Assembly: GCA_011389745.1 (NCBI GenBank)
Contig: JAABTQ010000006.1
Span: forward strand, 45,475-109,474
Direction: 5' to 3'
DNA: 64,000 bases
Origin: Desulfobacteraceae bacterium
GTDB taxonomy: Bacteria; Desulfobacterota; Desulfobacteria; Desulfobacterales; SKZT01
The notes under the pieces were generated by a model that ran no database searches, was not told where the DNA came from, and was given only the letters and a program-made list of their open reading frames with translations. Below are positions 9,744 through 19,142 of this stretch, piece after piece. Position 1 is the first letter of the stretch. Each line of letters opens with the position of its first letter. Made by a program: the position numbers and the translations under genes.

Positions 9744-11084
9744 ATGCTGACCCAAAAGCTTGAAAAAATCCTGTCAGGTCCTGAACATCCAAACGCTGAA
9801 TTTATAAAATCCTCCTACACTTACCATAATATTTACACCATGGCGGCAGATATACAAACGACACTGTCCGGCAATGATGATATTGTCTGCCTGTATACGA
9901 AAAACAAAGCCATCATTGCCGCATCAGTTTTGGCATCATTGGCATCCGACTTTATGGTTATTCTGCCTTATGCACTTTCAATTCAGGCTTTACAGGAAAT
10001 TCAAAATCTTTTTCATGTGGACACGATCATTACCGATCAAGCAAATTCAAATCTGTCCGGAATCAACCCGGTTATTCCCAAAATAAACAAAATTGTTTCA
10101 CTATCGCTGCCGCTGGTCAAATCTCCGGATAGGCCATTTCTTAAATTTTTTACCGGCGGCTCCACAGGCCGGCCTAAGGTATGGACTAAAACCGCACGAA
10201 ACTTGTTCGGAGAAGCTTTTTTTCTCTCACAAAAATTCAGACTCGACAAAACCGATTGTATTCTGGCGACCGTTCCCCCTTATCATATTTACGGGTTTCT
10301 CTTTTCTGTACTCGTTCCGTTCGTATCGTCTTCCAAAGTCACTGCCGATATTTGCTCTTTCCCACAGGAAATAAGAAACAGTCTTAAAAAATATTTTCCG
10401 ACTATTCTGGCAAGCATTCCCATGCACTACAGAATTTTAAAAGGTGGGAAAATCCCTGGAGATTCTCTTCGAATGGCATTTTCTTCGGCTGGAAAATTAG
10501 ATGAAACCGATGCGGATTATTTCTACCAAAAGACCGGCGTAGAGTTGATAGAAATTTACGGTTCAACCGAGACAGGAGGCATTGCGAGCCGGTGCCGTGC
10601 TAGGGGAGAAACAAATTTAGAGGCTTTTGAAATCATAGAATGGAAAGTTGTCGATGAGCGCCTTTATGTTCGTTCACCTTTTATTTCTCCGGATATTGCC
10701 GTAGATTCGGACGGTTTTTACCAAACCGGCGACCGTGTCCTTATGCAAGATGAAAAATATTTTTCACTTTTAGGGCGGGCTGACGGAATTGTAAAAGTCG
10801 GCGGCAAACGAGTGGATCTTGAAAATGTTCGCGACACAATCCTTCAGTATCCTGGTGTTACTGATGCCATTGCCTTTGCCATACCCGACACACGGGGAAG
10901 AGAAAGCAGCATTTGCGCAGTGGTTCAGGGAAATATCGACAAAGAACAGCTGATAGCAAGTATTTCACAACAGGTCGAACAATATGCCATTCCACGTCAT
11001 ATCAAGATTGTGGAAAAAATACCGGTTTCATCCTCGGGAAAGTATGATAGAAAATCCCTGGAAAAAATATGTATCCGGATATGA
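9744..11084 (+). CDS. Acyl-adenylating ligase (ApeH-like acyl-CoA/acyl-ACP synthetase)
   Basis: FTGGSTGRPK, YGSTETGG, TGD, GRADGIVKVGGKRV, SSGKYDR. Confidence 0.88.
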   Translation: MLTQKLEKILSGPEHPNAEFIKSSYTYHNIYTMAADIQTTLSGNDDIVCLYTKNKAIIAASVLASLASDFMVILPYALSIQALQEIQNLFHVDTIITDQANSNLSGINPVIPKINKIVSLSLPLVKSPDRPFLKFFTGGSTGRPKVWTKTARNLFGEAFFLSQKFRLDKTDCILATVPPYHIYGFLFSVLVPFVSSSKVTADICSFPQEIRNSLKKYFPTILASIPMHYRILKGGKIPGDSLRMAFSSAGKLDETDADYFYQKTGVELIEIYGSTETGGIASRCRARGETNLEAFEIIEWKVVDERLYVRSPFISPDIAVDSDGFYQTGDRVLMQDEKYFSLLGRADGIVKVGGKRVDLENVRDTILQYPGVTDAIAFAIPDTRGRESSICAVVQGNIDKEQLIASISQQVEQYAIPRHIKIVEKIPVSSSGKYDRKSLEKICIRI

Positions 11085-11108
11085 AGAAATTGTTTATACA
11101 GCAACCTG

Positions 11109-11972
11109 CTATTTGTCAAAAATCCATTCCGGTGGTTTCAACCGTCCCCCACTGATATCCCGCATCCTTAAACCTGAAATGGTTTCATGAATATTGCCTT
11201 CCCTATCCTCAATCCTGATATCGAAAACAAGTAGTTTTTTATCGGAATGTACCGGCTTTATCAAAGCAACATAAGTATTACTAAAACGAGTCGGCGTGTG
11301 AATGTGTCTTTCACTGAAACCCACCGGAAAGGCCACCATATGATGGTAGCGCTGACCCCATGCACAGGCCGCATGGAAGGCGGCATCCAGGGTGAATGGC
11401 GACCCTAACCGGGAATTGTCCCCTTCAATGGGATCACCTCCATAAACAGATGCCACAGCACCGTTTCGGCTCATAAACAAAGGTTCCCGGATGTTCCGAT
11501 AAGCCGGGCCAAACGGAACAAGTTCCCTGTAAATGACATCAGGCGCAATTTCAAAAAAATTCTTATCCAAAAGTGATCCTGGATCAAATGCCCTTTCTTC
11601 CGATGGTTTCAGGGTAAAAGAAAGATTGATCGTTACATGCTCAATAAAACGGGTAATGGTTGATTTCCCGGATTGAAACCTGGTCACCAGCTTTGCCTGA
11701 ATAAGACCGTTTTCAAGGACTTCAATATCGTTGAACCCTTCAATAGAGTCTTCATGTTTTCTTATAAAAAGAAATTTATCAAAAGTCGCGTCAACAATGT
11801 CTGCGTTTTTTATATTTTCGACATACGGCCGCGCGGAATCCACCAGAATTCTCATGGCCTCAACCGCTGGAAGCACCGCTTTGCCCATGAATTGATGGTC
11901 AAATAAATGAGGAAAGACCGGTATTGTGATGGGAATTCGTTTTTTGCGGGTTATTTGGGAAAATTTTTCCAT
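11109..11972 (-). CDS. Stand-alone polyketide-synthase-type (double hot-dog) dehydratase
   Basis: HLFDHQFMGKAVLP (HxxxGxxxxP), PFGPAY, and the catalytic Asp in LDAAFH. Confidence 0.8.
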   Translation of the reverse strand: MEKFSQITRKKRIPITIPVFPHLFDHQFMGKAVLPAVEAMRILVDSARPYVENIKNADIVDATFDKFLFIRKHEDSIEGFNDIEVLENGLIQAKLVTRFQSGKSTITRFIEHVTINLSFTLKPSEERAFDPGSLLDKNFFEIAPDVIYRELVPFGPAYRNIREPLFMSRNGAVASVYGGDPIEGDNSRLGSPFTLDAAFHAACAWGQRYHHMVAFPVGFSERHIHTPTRFSNTYVALIKPVHSDKKLLVFDIRIEDREGNIHETISGLRMRDISGGRLKPPEWIFDK

Positions 11973-12430
11973 AAATCAAGTGTCTTTTCATCGATTCCCA
12001 CCGGCGATCCTGATAAATTGACGGCACAATGTTTTGTGAATCCTTTGCAGACAATCTCCTGGGTTTGCCTATGGGTAATGATATATTCGAAGCTGAGCTT
12101 GACCCGTTCCAGTCTTGACGGACGGGTATGAATATACATAGGATCATCGTAATACAGAGGCTTGAAATAGTCCACTGCAACGGAAATGATGGGATATATA
12201 TAACCACTTTCCTCGATTTCACGGTATGGATAAGCAGAATCTCTCATAAGAGAAGCTCTTCCCATTTCAAAATAAATCAGATAGTTGGAATGGTAGACCA
12301 CCTGGGAGCGGTCCGTGTCGGCATAAAGGGTGCGGTGTTCGCATCGGTGCCAAACCAGATTGCTTACCCTGTCCCGCACATACCGGTGATCACCATTTAA
12401 GATTTCAGGAATAAAAGATTTGGGTTTCAT
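11951..12430 (-). CDS. YbgC/4HBT-family acyl thioesterase
   Basis: YADTDRSQVVYHSNYLIYFEMGR; YFKPLYYDD. Confidence 0.88.
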   Translation of the reverse strand: MKPKSFIPEILNGDHRYVRDRVSNLVWHRCEHRTLYADTDRSQVVYHSNYLIYFEMGRASLMRDSAYPYREIEESGYIYPIISVAVDYFKPLYYDDPMYIHTRPSRLERVKLSFEYIITHRQTQEIVCKGFTKHCAVNLSGSPVGIDEKTLDLWKNFPK

Positions 12431-12448
12431 ATCGCCTGGAATTATCGT

Positions 12449-13717
12449 TTAAACACCTCTGAAAACCACACAACAATTGGTCCCGCCGAATCCGAAAGCA
12501 TTGGAAAGAAAAATTTCATACCCTTGTTTTCGGGCTTCATTGGGAACCACATCAATATCAGCAAACTCCGGATCAGGAATATGATTTACCGTGGGAAGTA
12601 TAATGTCCTGTTGCATGCCCTCGATACTCAATGCAGCTTCTATGGCCGCGGACCCTCCCAGGGTATGCCCGATCTGGGATTTGTTCGAAGAAATCTGAAT
12701 TTTCTCCAATTGGCGTTTCCCGAATACGGTTCTCAGGCACTCGATTTCGGTTTTATCTCCTTTGGGCGTGGATGTGCCATGAGCATTGACATACTGGATA
12801 TCCACGGGTGCAATTTGAGCGTCATCAATCGCTTCGCGGATTGCACGAACAACGGTTGCAGGATTGGGCAGTGTAAAATGATATGCGTCGGAGGTCCATC
12901 CGACACCCAATACCTCGGCCTTAGGCGTCAGACCGTATACGGACAAAAATTCTTCGGCGGCAAGAACCAATACGCCGCCACCTTCTGAAATCACCATGCC
13001 TTTTCTGTCAATACTAAAAGGACGGGATGCCTGGGTGGGATCATGGTAAGCACGATCTTTTTCAACAATTTTGATGGTAGCGTTCATGTTGGCGAATCCA
13101 TGAATAATTTCCGGCATAATGCACATGTCCACACCGCCGGCAAGGGCAAAATCGCAGTCGCCGTCGCGTATCATCCTTGCCCCGATACCGATAGCATAAT
13201 TACCCGATGCACAGGCCCCCTGGGGAGAAAAAATAGGGCCGGTAAAGCCTGAATGAATCCCGGCTTTTCCCGATGGAACATTGGCGCATAAATTAGGCAA
13301 CAGATATGGACTGACCTTTAATGGCCCGCGATTAACCAGATTGTCCATGGCAATGCGAAAGGAGTCGGTACCGTTTAAAGCAGAACCTATAAGGCATGCC
13401 ATCCTCGGCCCTGTCTCTTGAGTAATCTGTAGTCCTGACCGTTCAAGAGCTTCATGGCAAACAGCCATGGTCAGAATCACATAATCGGCGTTCCAGTTGT
13501 AAACTTCCTTTCGACTGACAAAATCAAGGGACATGGGGGTCCAGTCAGGGATTTCACCCACCACGTTACTGAGCGAATCCACCTGACATCTTGTCACTTT
13601 TCGAAAACCGGCCTTTGCCCTGACAGCCTCTTTCCAGGTTTTTTCAAAAGTAGACCCCAAAGGTGTTGCAACACCATATCCGATTACAAAAACTCGTCTG
13701 TTTTTGGGTGCTTTCAT
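12449..13717 (-). CDS. Beta-ketoacyl-ACP synthase (FabF-like)
   Basis: GACASG (Cys), NAHGTST (His), KSQIGH (His), SNAFGFGG. Confidence 0.93.
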   Translation of the reverse strand: MKAPKNRRVFVIGYGVATPLGSTFEKTWKEAVRAKAGFRKVTRCQVDSLSNVVGEIPDWTPMSLDFVSRKEVYNWNADYVILTMAVCHEALERSGLQITQETGPRMACLIGSALNGTDSFRIAMDNLVNRGPLKVSPYLLPNLCANVPSGKAGIHSGFTGPIFSPQGACASGNYAIGIGARMIRDGDCDFALAGGVDMCIMPEIIHGFANMNATIKIVEKDRAYHDPTQASRPFSIDRKGMVISEGGGVLVLAAEEFLSVYGLTPKAEVLGVGWTSDAYHFTLPNPATVVRAIREAIDDAQIAPVDIQYVNAHGTSTPKGDKTEIECLRTVFGKRQLEKIQISSNKSQIGHTLGGSAAIEAALSIEGMQQDIILPTVNHIPDPEFADIDVVPNEARKQGYEIFLSNAFGFGGTNCCVVFRGV

Positions 13718-13725
13718 TTGACTTT

Positions 13726-14970
13726 CTAAGTTGACTTTTTAAAAACGACACATGAATTGCATCCGCCAAAGCCGAATGAATTTTTCAATACATATTCCTG
13801 ATTTAAATTTCGAGCCCCTTCAGGAACACAGTCCATGTCAATTTCAGGGTCGGGATTATAATTGATGGTTGGAAGCAAGATGTTGTTTTGAATACCCTCC
13901 ATGGCAAAAATGGATTCAATGGCGCTGGATGCTCCCATGGCATGACCGATCAGGGATTTATTGGCCGAAACCGGAGGAACACGGCCTTTGAACAATTTTT
14001 TTAATGCATCATATTCCACTTTATCTCCGACTTTTGTGGATGCCGCATGAGCATTGACACTATCAATCTCTTGCGGAGATATTCCGGAATCCTCAATACT
14101 CTCTGTCATACAGCGCTCGATGGTCCCGACTTTGGGGGCCACAAAATGGAAAGCATCCGAGGTCATCGACCAACCGGCAATATGGGCTTTTACTTTCAAA
14201 CCATGAGCATTTGCAAAATCTTTGGAAGCAATAATGATCGCACCTGCTCCTTCTGAAATGACAAACCCCCGGCGATCAACAGAAAAAGGACGACTGGCTT
14301 TAGACGGGGCTTCACAATCATTTTCAGGCCTGTGTCGATATGCTCCGTTCATAGTGGCAAAACCTGCAACAACAGGCTTGACCAACGCAAAATCCACAGC
14401 TCCGCAAATGACAAGGTCGGCACGTCCATGTTCTAAGAGCATAACCCCGACAATCACGCTTGTAAGCCCGGTGGCACATGCCGTTATGGTTGAAGTAATC
14501 GGACCTGTTGCACCGGTTAAAATGGAAATTTTTCCAGCCACCATATTAATACAAGAATTGGGATTGGCAAAGGGCGGTGGAAGTTTACCCTCTGAAATCA
14601 TCCGACGATCCGCATCCAACAGGGTGTCCATTCCCCCTACCGCCGAGCTGAAAGTGACAGCCACACGCGGAGCCAACTTCGGGGTGATCTCTATTTTACT
14701 GTTTTCAAGGGCACGATAAACCACCAGCATGGCATATTTGAAAATCGGGGAAGGCCACAAAGCCAATGCACGAGGTTTCAGGAAAGGATACGAAAGTGCA
14801 TCGATCTCATCCACCTGTCCGGCAACATGCACCGGAAAATCAGTATTAACCGGAAATCTTGTCAGCAGGCCGACTCCGCTTTCACCCCTCACGGCCCTAT
14901 TCCACTGGTCATTTAAATTCGTGCCTAAACAAGACACCGCATCATATCCGACAACTACCGATTTTGCCAT
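13726..14970 (-). CDS. Beta-ketoacyl-ACP synthase (FabF-like)
   Basis: TACATG (Cys), NAHAAST, KSLIGH, NSFGFGG. Confidence 0.93.
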   Translation of the reverse strand: MAKSVVVGYDAVSCLGTNLNDQWNRAVRGESGVGLLTRFPVNTDFPVHVAGQVDEIDALSYPFLKPRALALWPSPIFKYAMLVVYRALENSKIEITPKLAPRVAVTFSSAVGGMDTLLDADRRMISEGKLPPPFANPNSCINMVAGKISILTGATGPITSTITACATGLTSVIVGVMLLEHGRADLVICGAVDFALVKPVVAGFATMNGAYRHRPENDCEAPSKASRPFSVDRRGFVISEGAGAIIIASKDFANAHGLKVKAHIAGWSMTSDAFHFVAPKVGTIERCMTESIEDSGISPQEIDSVNAHAASTKVGDKVEYDALKKLFKGRVPPVSANKSLIGHAMGASSAIESIFAMEGIQNNILLPTINYNPDPEIDMDCVPEGARNLNQEYVLKNSFGFGGCNSCVVFKKST

Positions 14971-14990
14971 TTAATCACAATCATTTTTCA

Positions 14991-15995
14991 TCACCATGGA
15001 ATAAACTGATACAGCTTGGCAAACATCTCGTAAATTTCAATCCAGTTTTGAAGATCTTTTGCCGACCGCATGTGGGCACGCTTATTGACCATCACCCAGC
15101 TCATGTGTGCGGCGCCATCCTTGCAAGTTGAGCAATCCCTTGTTTCGGATGTACAACACCGGTGCATGGCTTTCAGATCGGAAGCCCATCGGATAAAATG
15201 GATCAGTCGTTTGGGTTTAGGATCTCTGGTATCAAGAGGTTCGGTTACCGACGGACACTCTTTCCATCCAAAAGACCAGCCCAGCATCATCCCCGTCGTA
15301 ATAATCTCATGATAATATTTCGATGAAATGACCGTGTTGGGGTATTTATCCAGCATGGTATCCATTTCTTGCCGAATCTTTGATAATTCTTTCGGCTTCC
15401 AGAAAAAACCATCCACACCTTCATCATTCGAAAGAAGCTGCATATGGACTTTCAGCCCGACATCCTGAATTTTTCCGATAATCCGGTCTGTTTTTCCGAT
15501 TTGTCTGGGAGTTATGGTATACAGGTAATAAGTGTGAGGGTCACCCTCATAATTTTTGCTGGATATGGAAAAGGTATCTTTTCCTCTCAATATTTTCTCA
15601 TCTTCTTCATCACCCCAAAGAGATATACCCAGCATCATATCCGGAAATTTGTCCCTGGGCACTTTGATCAACCCGTTGGTGGCGCAAAATGTCGGGAGTC
15701 TTTTATAAAAAACTTCTACCCGATCAAGGTGAAGAGTCGGTTCACCCCCGATCAAAATGGCAAGATTGACACCTCTTTGCTTTTCGGAATCAACAAAAGT
15801 TTCCCATTTTTTAATATCTTTTTCCTCGGATGCTGCCTTATGCTCACCCGATGAGAAAAAAAAACATCCCTTACATCGAAGGTTGCACTGGTTGGTGATA
15901 TCATAAATAGAGCTTCGGATATTGAGCTTTGAAATTTTTTGATATCGCTCGCGCCAATGTTCATCAAGAAGGGAACTGACTGTCTTCATCAACAA
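14991..15995 (-). CDS. Radical SAM protein (no B12 domain) with C-terminal Cys cluster
   Basis: TNQCNLRCKGC, GGEP, TNG; C-terminal ECPS...RCC...DCSTC. Confidence 0.85.
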   Translation of the reverse strand: MLMKTVSSLLDEHWRERYQKISKLNIRSSIYDITNQCNLRCKGCFFFSSGEHKAASEEKDIKKWETFVDSEKQRGVNLAILIGGEPTLHLDRVEVFYKRLPTFCATNGLIKVPRDKFPDMMLGISLWGDEEDEKILRGKDTFSISSKNYEGDPHTYYLYTITPRQIGKTDRIIGKIQDVGLKVHMQLLSNDEGVDGFFWKPKELSKIRQEMDTMLDKYPNTVISSKYYHEIITTGMMLGWSFGWKECPSVTEPLDTRDPKPKRLIHFIRWASDLKAMHRCCTSETRDCSTCKDGAAHMSWVMVNKRAHMRSAKDLQNWIEIYEMFAKLYQFIPW

Positions 15996-17132
15996 TTACT
16001 CCTGACTTTCTTTAATCAAAACCTTCAAATCTGGAGGTGCAACCGGTTCGTGACATAAATTTTCCCCCTTTTCATAGCCCATGACCCACACGGTTAGATA
16101 GGTATCCACATAGTCAAGCCATGCTTTGAAAGTATCGGGATTGGCCGCATGTCGAAACATTCTGGCGGTCACCACGGCACTTCCGGCGGCATAATGCCTG
16201 CAATCGCTGCAATCCGTATCCGGAACACAGCAGGATACATCACGATTCCAGGTTAAATCCGATCGATACTGCCTGAAAGAACGACCAAGACCGATGCTTT
16301 TGGAAACATTCATCCGGGGATAAGAGCATGAATAAAGGTCGTGAAGTGATAAGGGATGCGTGTGGGCAACAACGTTATAATGAGAATACCAAATACTAAC
16401 GGGATATTTTTTCATCAGGGCTGTCATGGTATGTCGAACGTGTAAAAGAGATTTTTCGTTGTGGCGAAGGGTTCCGTCATAACCCGTCGGCGCAGAAAAC
16501 ATGTTAAAGGTTGTCCTGCATCCATTTTGATCAAGCAGTCGCACCACTTCTTCTGCCTCGTCAATATTTTCCCGTGTGAACGTATAAACAAATACAGCCC
16601 TTGGATCATCTTTGTACTTGTCGATCTGACTGATCAGCATGTTTTCAGCGCCACGTATACGACGGCTCGTATTATCGTTTCCCCAAACGGAAATATGAAT
16701 CCGGTATCCAATCTGTTCGGAAAGTTTCTTTAAACCGTTGGTGGCAATGGCTCCCAGAGGAATCTTCTGATAACAGATTTCGCAAAGTTCCGGCACTAGT
16801 GACGGTTCGGCTCCGGCAAGCACCACATAAGTAATCCCTCGTTCTTTTTCCGTTTGCATAAGTTTTTGCCATGCCTCGGGACTGCGGTTGTCGTTGGTAA
16901 ATTGTTTTTCCCCCTCGTAATAGTAACATCCTTCACACCGGATGTTGCACCGGGTTGTCATATCATAAGTGGACTCACGAAGAAAAAAATATTTCCGAAC
17001 CTTTTCCCATCGATCTTTGACCATGGGATCTTCCAGAATCTCCGAAAACTTCCACGCATTTTCATTTTGAATCTTCAATTTGTTTTCACCGTCGTTTTCC
17101 GTGGCATACACGTCGAACATACTCCCTGTCAT
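15996..17132 (-). CDS. Radical SAM protein, paralogue of the adjacent gene
   Basis: TTRCNIRCEGC, GAEP, TNG; C-terminal SCSY...SCC...DCSDC. Confidence 0.85.
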   Translation of the reverse strand: MTGSMFDVYATENDGENKLKIQNENAWKFSEILEDPMVKDRWEKVRKYFFLRESTYDMTTRCNIRCEGCYYYEGEKQFTNDNRSPEAWQKLMQTEKERGITYVVLAGAEPSLVPELCEICYQKIPLGAIATNGLKKLSEQIGYRIHISVWGNDNTSRRIRGAENMLISQIDKYKDDPRAVFVYTFTRENIDEAEEVVRLLDQNGCRTTFNMFSAPTGYDGTLRHNEKSLLHVRHTMTALMKKYPVSIWYSHYNVVAHTHPLSLHDLYSCSYPRMNVSKSIGLGRSFRQYRSDLTWNRDVSCCVPDTDCSDCRHYAAGSAVVTARMFRHAANPDTFKAWLDYVDTYLTVWVMGYEKGENLCHEPVAPPDLKVLIKESQE

Positions 17133-17389
17133 TTGTCCATTTTTTTTTGGATATATTCGGAAATGAACCGAACAGTTGTCAGCTTTGGATAATCATCCTC
17201 ATCGATTCTGATCCCGTATTCATCCTGAAGAACCAATGCAACCGTGGCAAGATCCATACTGTCAATACCTACTTCATCCACAAGATCCACATCCGGTTCA
17301 AAAGTTTCAGGGGTGACATCTTCCAGCTTCAATTCATGAATCATCACCTGGGCGACACGAAGAATAATTCTGTCGATTTCCTCGGGCAT
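17129..17389 (-). CDS. Acyl carrier protein
   Basis: Acidic 86-aa protein with GIDSMD phosphopantetheine motif; stop overlaps the radical SAM start (ATGA). Confidence 0.9.
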   Translation of the reverse strand: MPEEIDRIILRVAQVMIHELKLEDVTPETFEPDVDLVDEVGIDSMDLATVALVLQDEYGIRIDEDDYPKLTTVRFISEYIQKKMDK

Positions 17390-17401
17390 TCTTTACTCTC
17401 C

Positions 17402-17767
17402 TTATAGGTTTTGTTCGGATCTTTCCACAATCATCGTACCGCTGCATGCAAGATCCCCTTTTACCATAATCTTAAACAAATAATGATCGGAACTCTCTAC
17501 AGATGAAGTAATAGTCAATTCCATTGTATCGCCGGGTCTGATCACCTGTTTAAACCGGACCCTTCGAATTTCGGATATCTCCCGGCTGCCTGTATTTACT
17601 TTTTGAATAGCATCAAATACCATAGCCAACTGAGCAATACCCGGCAAAATCGGATCACCGGGAAAATGACCGGAAAACCATAATGAATCCGCTTTAACAC
17701 TTGCTTTGCAGGTAATTTCATTTTCCCCGAAATGATCAGGATCGGTTATTAAATGCCAAGGGTACAT
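17402..17767 (-). CDS. FabA/FabZ-like (ApeI-like) 3-hydroxyacyl-ACP dehydratase
   Basis: WFSGHFPGDPILPGIAQL, VRFKQVIRPGD. Confidence 0.85.
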   Translation of the reverse strand: MYPWHLITDPDHFGENEITCKASVKADSLWFSGHFPGDPILPGIAQLAMVFDAIQKVNTGSREISEIRRVRFKQVIRPGDTMELTITSSVESSDHYLFKIMVKGDLACSGTMIVERSEQNL

Positions 17768-17785
17768 GTGTTACTTTTTGTTTTA

Positions 17786-19138
17786 TTAACGAATTAAAAA
17801 CTCCCAAAGTGGTCCTGAAAACCCGCGATCGTAAATTTTTGAAAGTGTCAGAGCTGCTTTGTCACCCCCTGCTCCGATGATCCAATTGGGTCGGGACCCG
17901 GCTTTTTTCATAATGAGATCAACAGCTTTGTCCATATCAATTGCTAAAGGACGGTAAAAAACAGGTTCGAGCAAGTTTTGCGTTTTTTTAATCTGACCCT
18001 CTTTGGCAGCAATCTCTTGCAGGGCCGTGTAAGGGTAAATTCGCATGCCGCAAAAAAGAAATAGGACAGTTTTGTTTAATTTGTCAATATTTGAAAGTGT
18101 TTCCGTGACAGAATCATCAGTTTCGCCGGGACCTCCAAAAATAAAATAATGGGCAACATAAAGGCCGGCATCAACAGCTTTATGATGAGCCTGAAAAACG
18201 TCGGCTGTTTTAAACGGTTTCCGATAGTTGGCAAGCACGGGATCGCAAAGCGATTCGGTTCCGAATTCCACGTGGGTCAGGCCGGAATCCGCCAGAATTT
18301 TGAAATAGTCTTCCGGAGGTTTCGTCGGTGCAAAAAAAGCTCCCCATGGTATCGATACACCTGCCTTTTGAAAAGCCATGGCCACCTGGATACTATGGAG
18401 ATAATCCACATTGAAGGCCGAGTCCGTCACAAAAAAATATTTTGCACCGGCCTTCTGAAACCGTACCGCCGTTTCCGCCACCTCATGGGGTGGTGCCAGG
18501 CGAAGATTTTTCCCTTCGATATGCGGATACGTGCAATATACACACCTGAAAAGGCATCCTCTCTTGGTTTGGATGTTTAACATCCCGCCCTTTTTTAAAT
18601 AAAAATCTACATGACTGCTATCAGCATGGAAAACTCTCGGGAATGCCTTGCACCATGGATCGGGAATAGCATTTTTTGAACCCTTGATTATCAGTCCTGG
18701 AATTCCGGATAAATCCTTTTGTTTTTCAAGCCGATCCAGTAAAAGCGATAAACGCTCGCCCTCCCCGATAATTCCATAATCCGCCTTCAGAATATTCATC
18801 AACTCATGGGCAAATATGGTAAAACCGCTTCCTCCTAAAACCAGAGGTGCTTTTGAGCATGCCCGAATAACCTTTGCCAGTTGAACATAATAACCGGTAA
18901 AGCTCTTAGGATCCGTAATGTCGATATTGTCGATGTTTCGAATGGAAAGCCCGATGATATCCGGCTGAAAATCATCGATGCCCCCTTTTAACGCCCGGTC
19001 ATCTTCAAAAAGATTCATATCCAGGATTTCAACCTGATGATTCGCCGATATGGCTTGGCAGACATAATCAAGACCCAATGGATAGACAGGATGTGGGCTG
19101 GTTAGCCTATTTGCGGAAACAAGTAATACTTTCATCAA
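17786..19138 (-). CDS. Lipid-biosynthesis B12-binding/radical SAM protein (TIGR04072-like)
   Basis: VYPLGLDY, IGLSIRNIDN, LGGSGF, QTKRGCLFRCVYCTYP, FVTDSAFN, EFGTES, FGGPGET. Confidence 0.85.
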   Translation of the reverse strand: MMKVLLVSANRLTSPHPVYPLGLDYVCQAISANHQVEILDMNLFEDDRALKGGIDDFQPDIIGLSIRNIDNIDITDPKSFTGYYVQLAKVIRACSKAPLVLGGSGFTIFAHELMNILKADYGIIGEGERLSLLLDRLEKQKDLSGIPGLIIKGSKNAIPDPWCKAFPRVFHADSSHVDFYLKKGGMLNIQTKRGCLFRCVYCTYPHIEGKNLRLAPPHEVAETAVRFQKAGAKYFFVTDSAFNVDYLHSIQVAMAFQKAGVSIPWGAFFAPTKPPEDYFKILADSGLTHVEFGTESLCDPVLANYRKPFKTADVFQAHHKAVDAGLYVAHYFIFGGPGETDDSVTETLSNIDKLNKTVLFLFCGMRIYPYTALQEIAAKEGQIKKTQNLLEPVFYRPLAIDMDKAVDLIMKKAGSRPNWIIGAGGDKAALTLSKIYDRGFSGPLWEFLIR

Positions 19139-19142
19139 TTCA

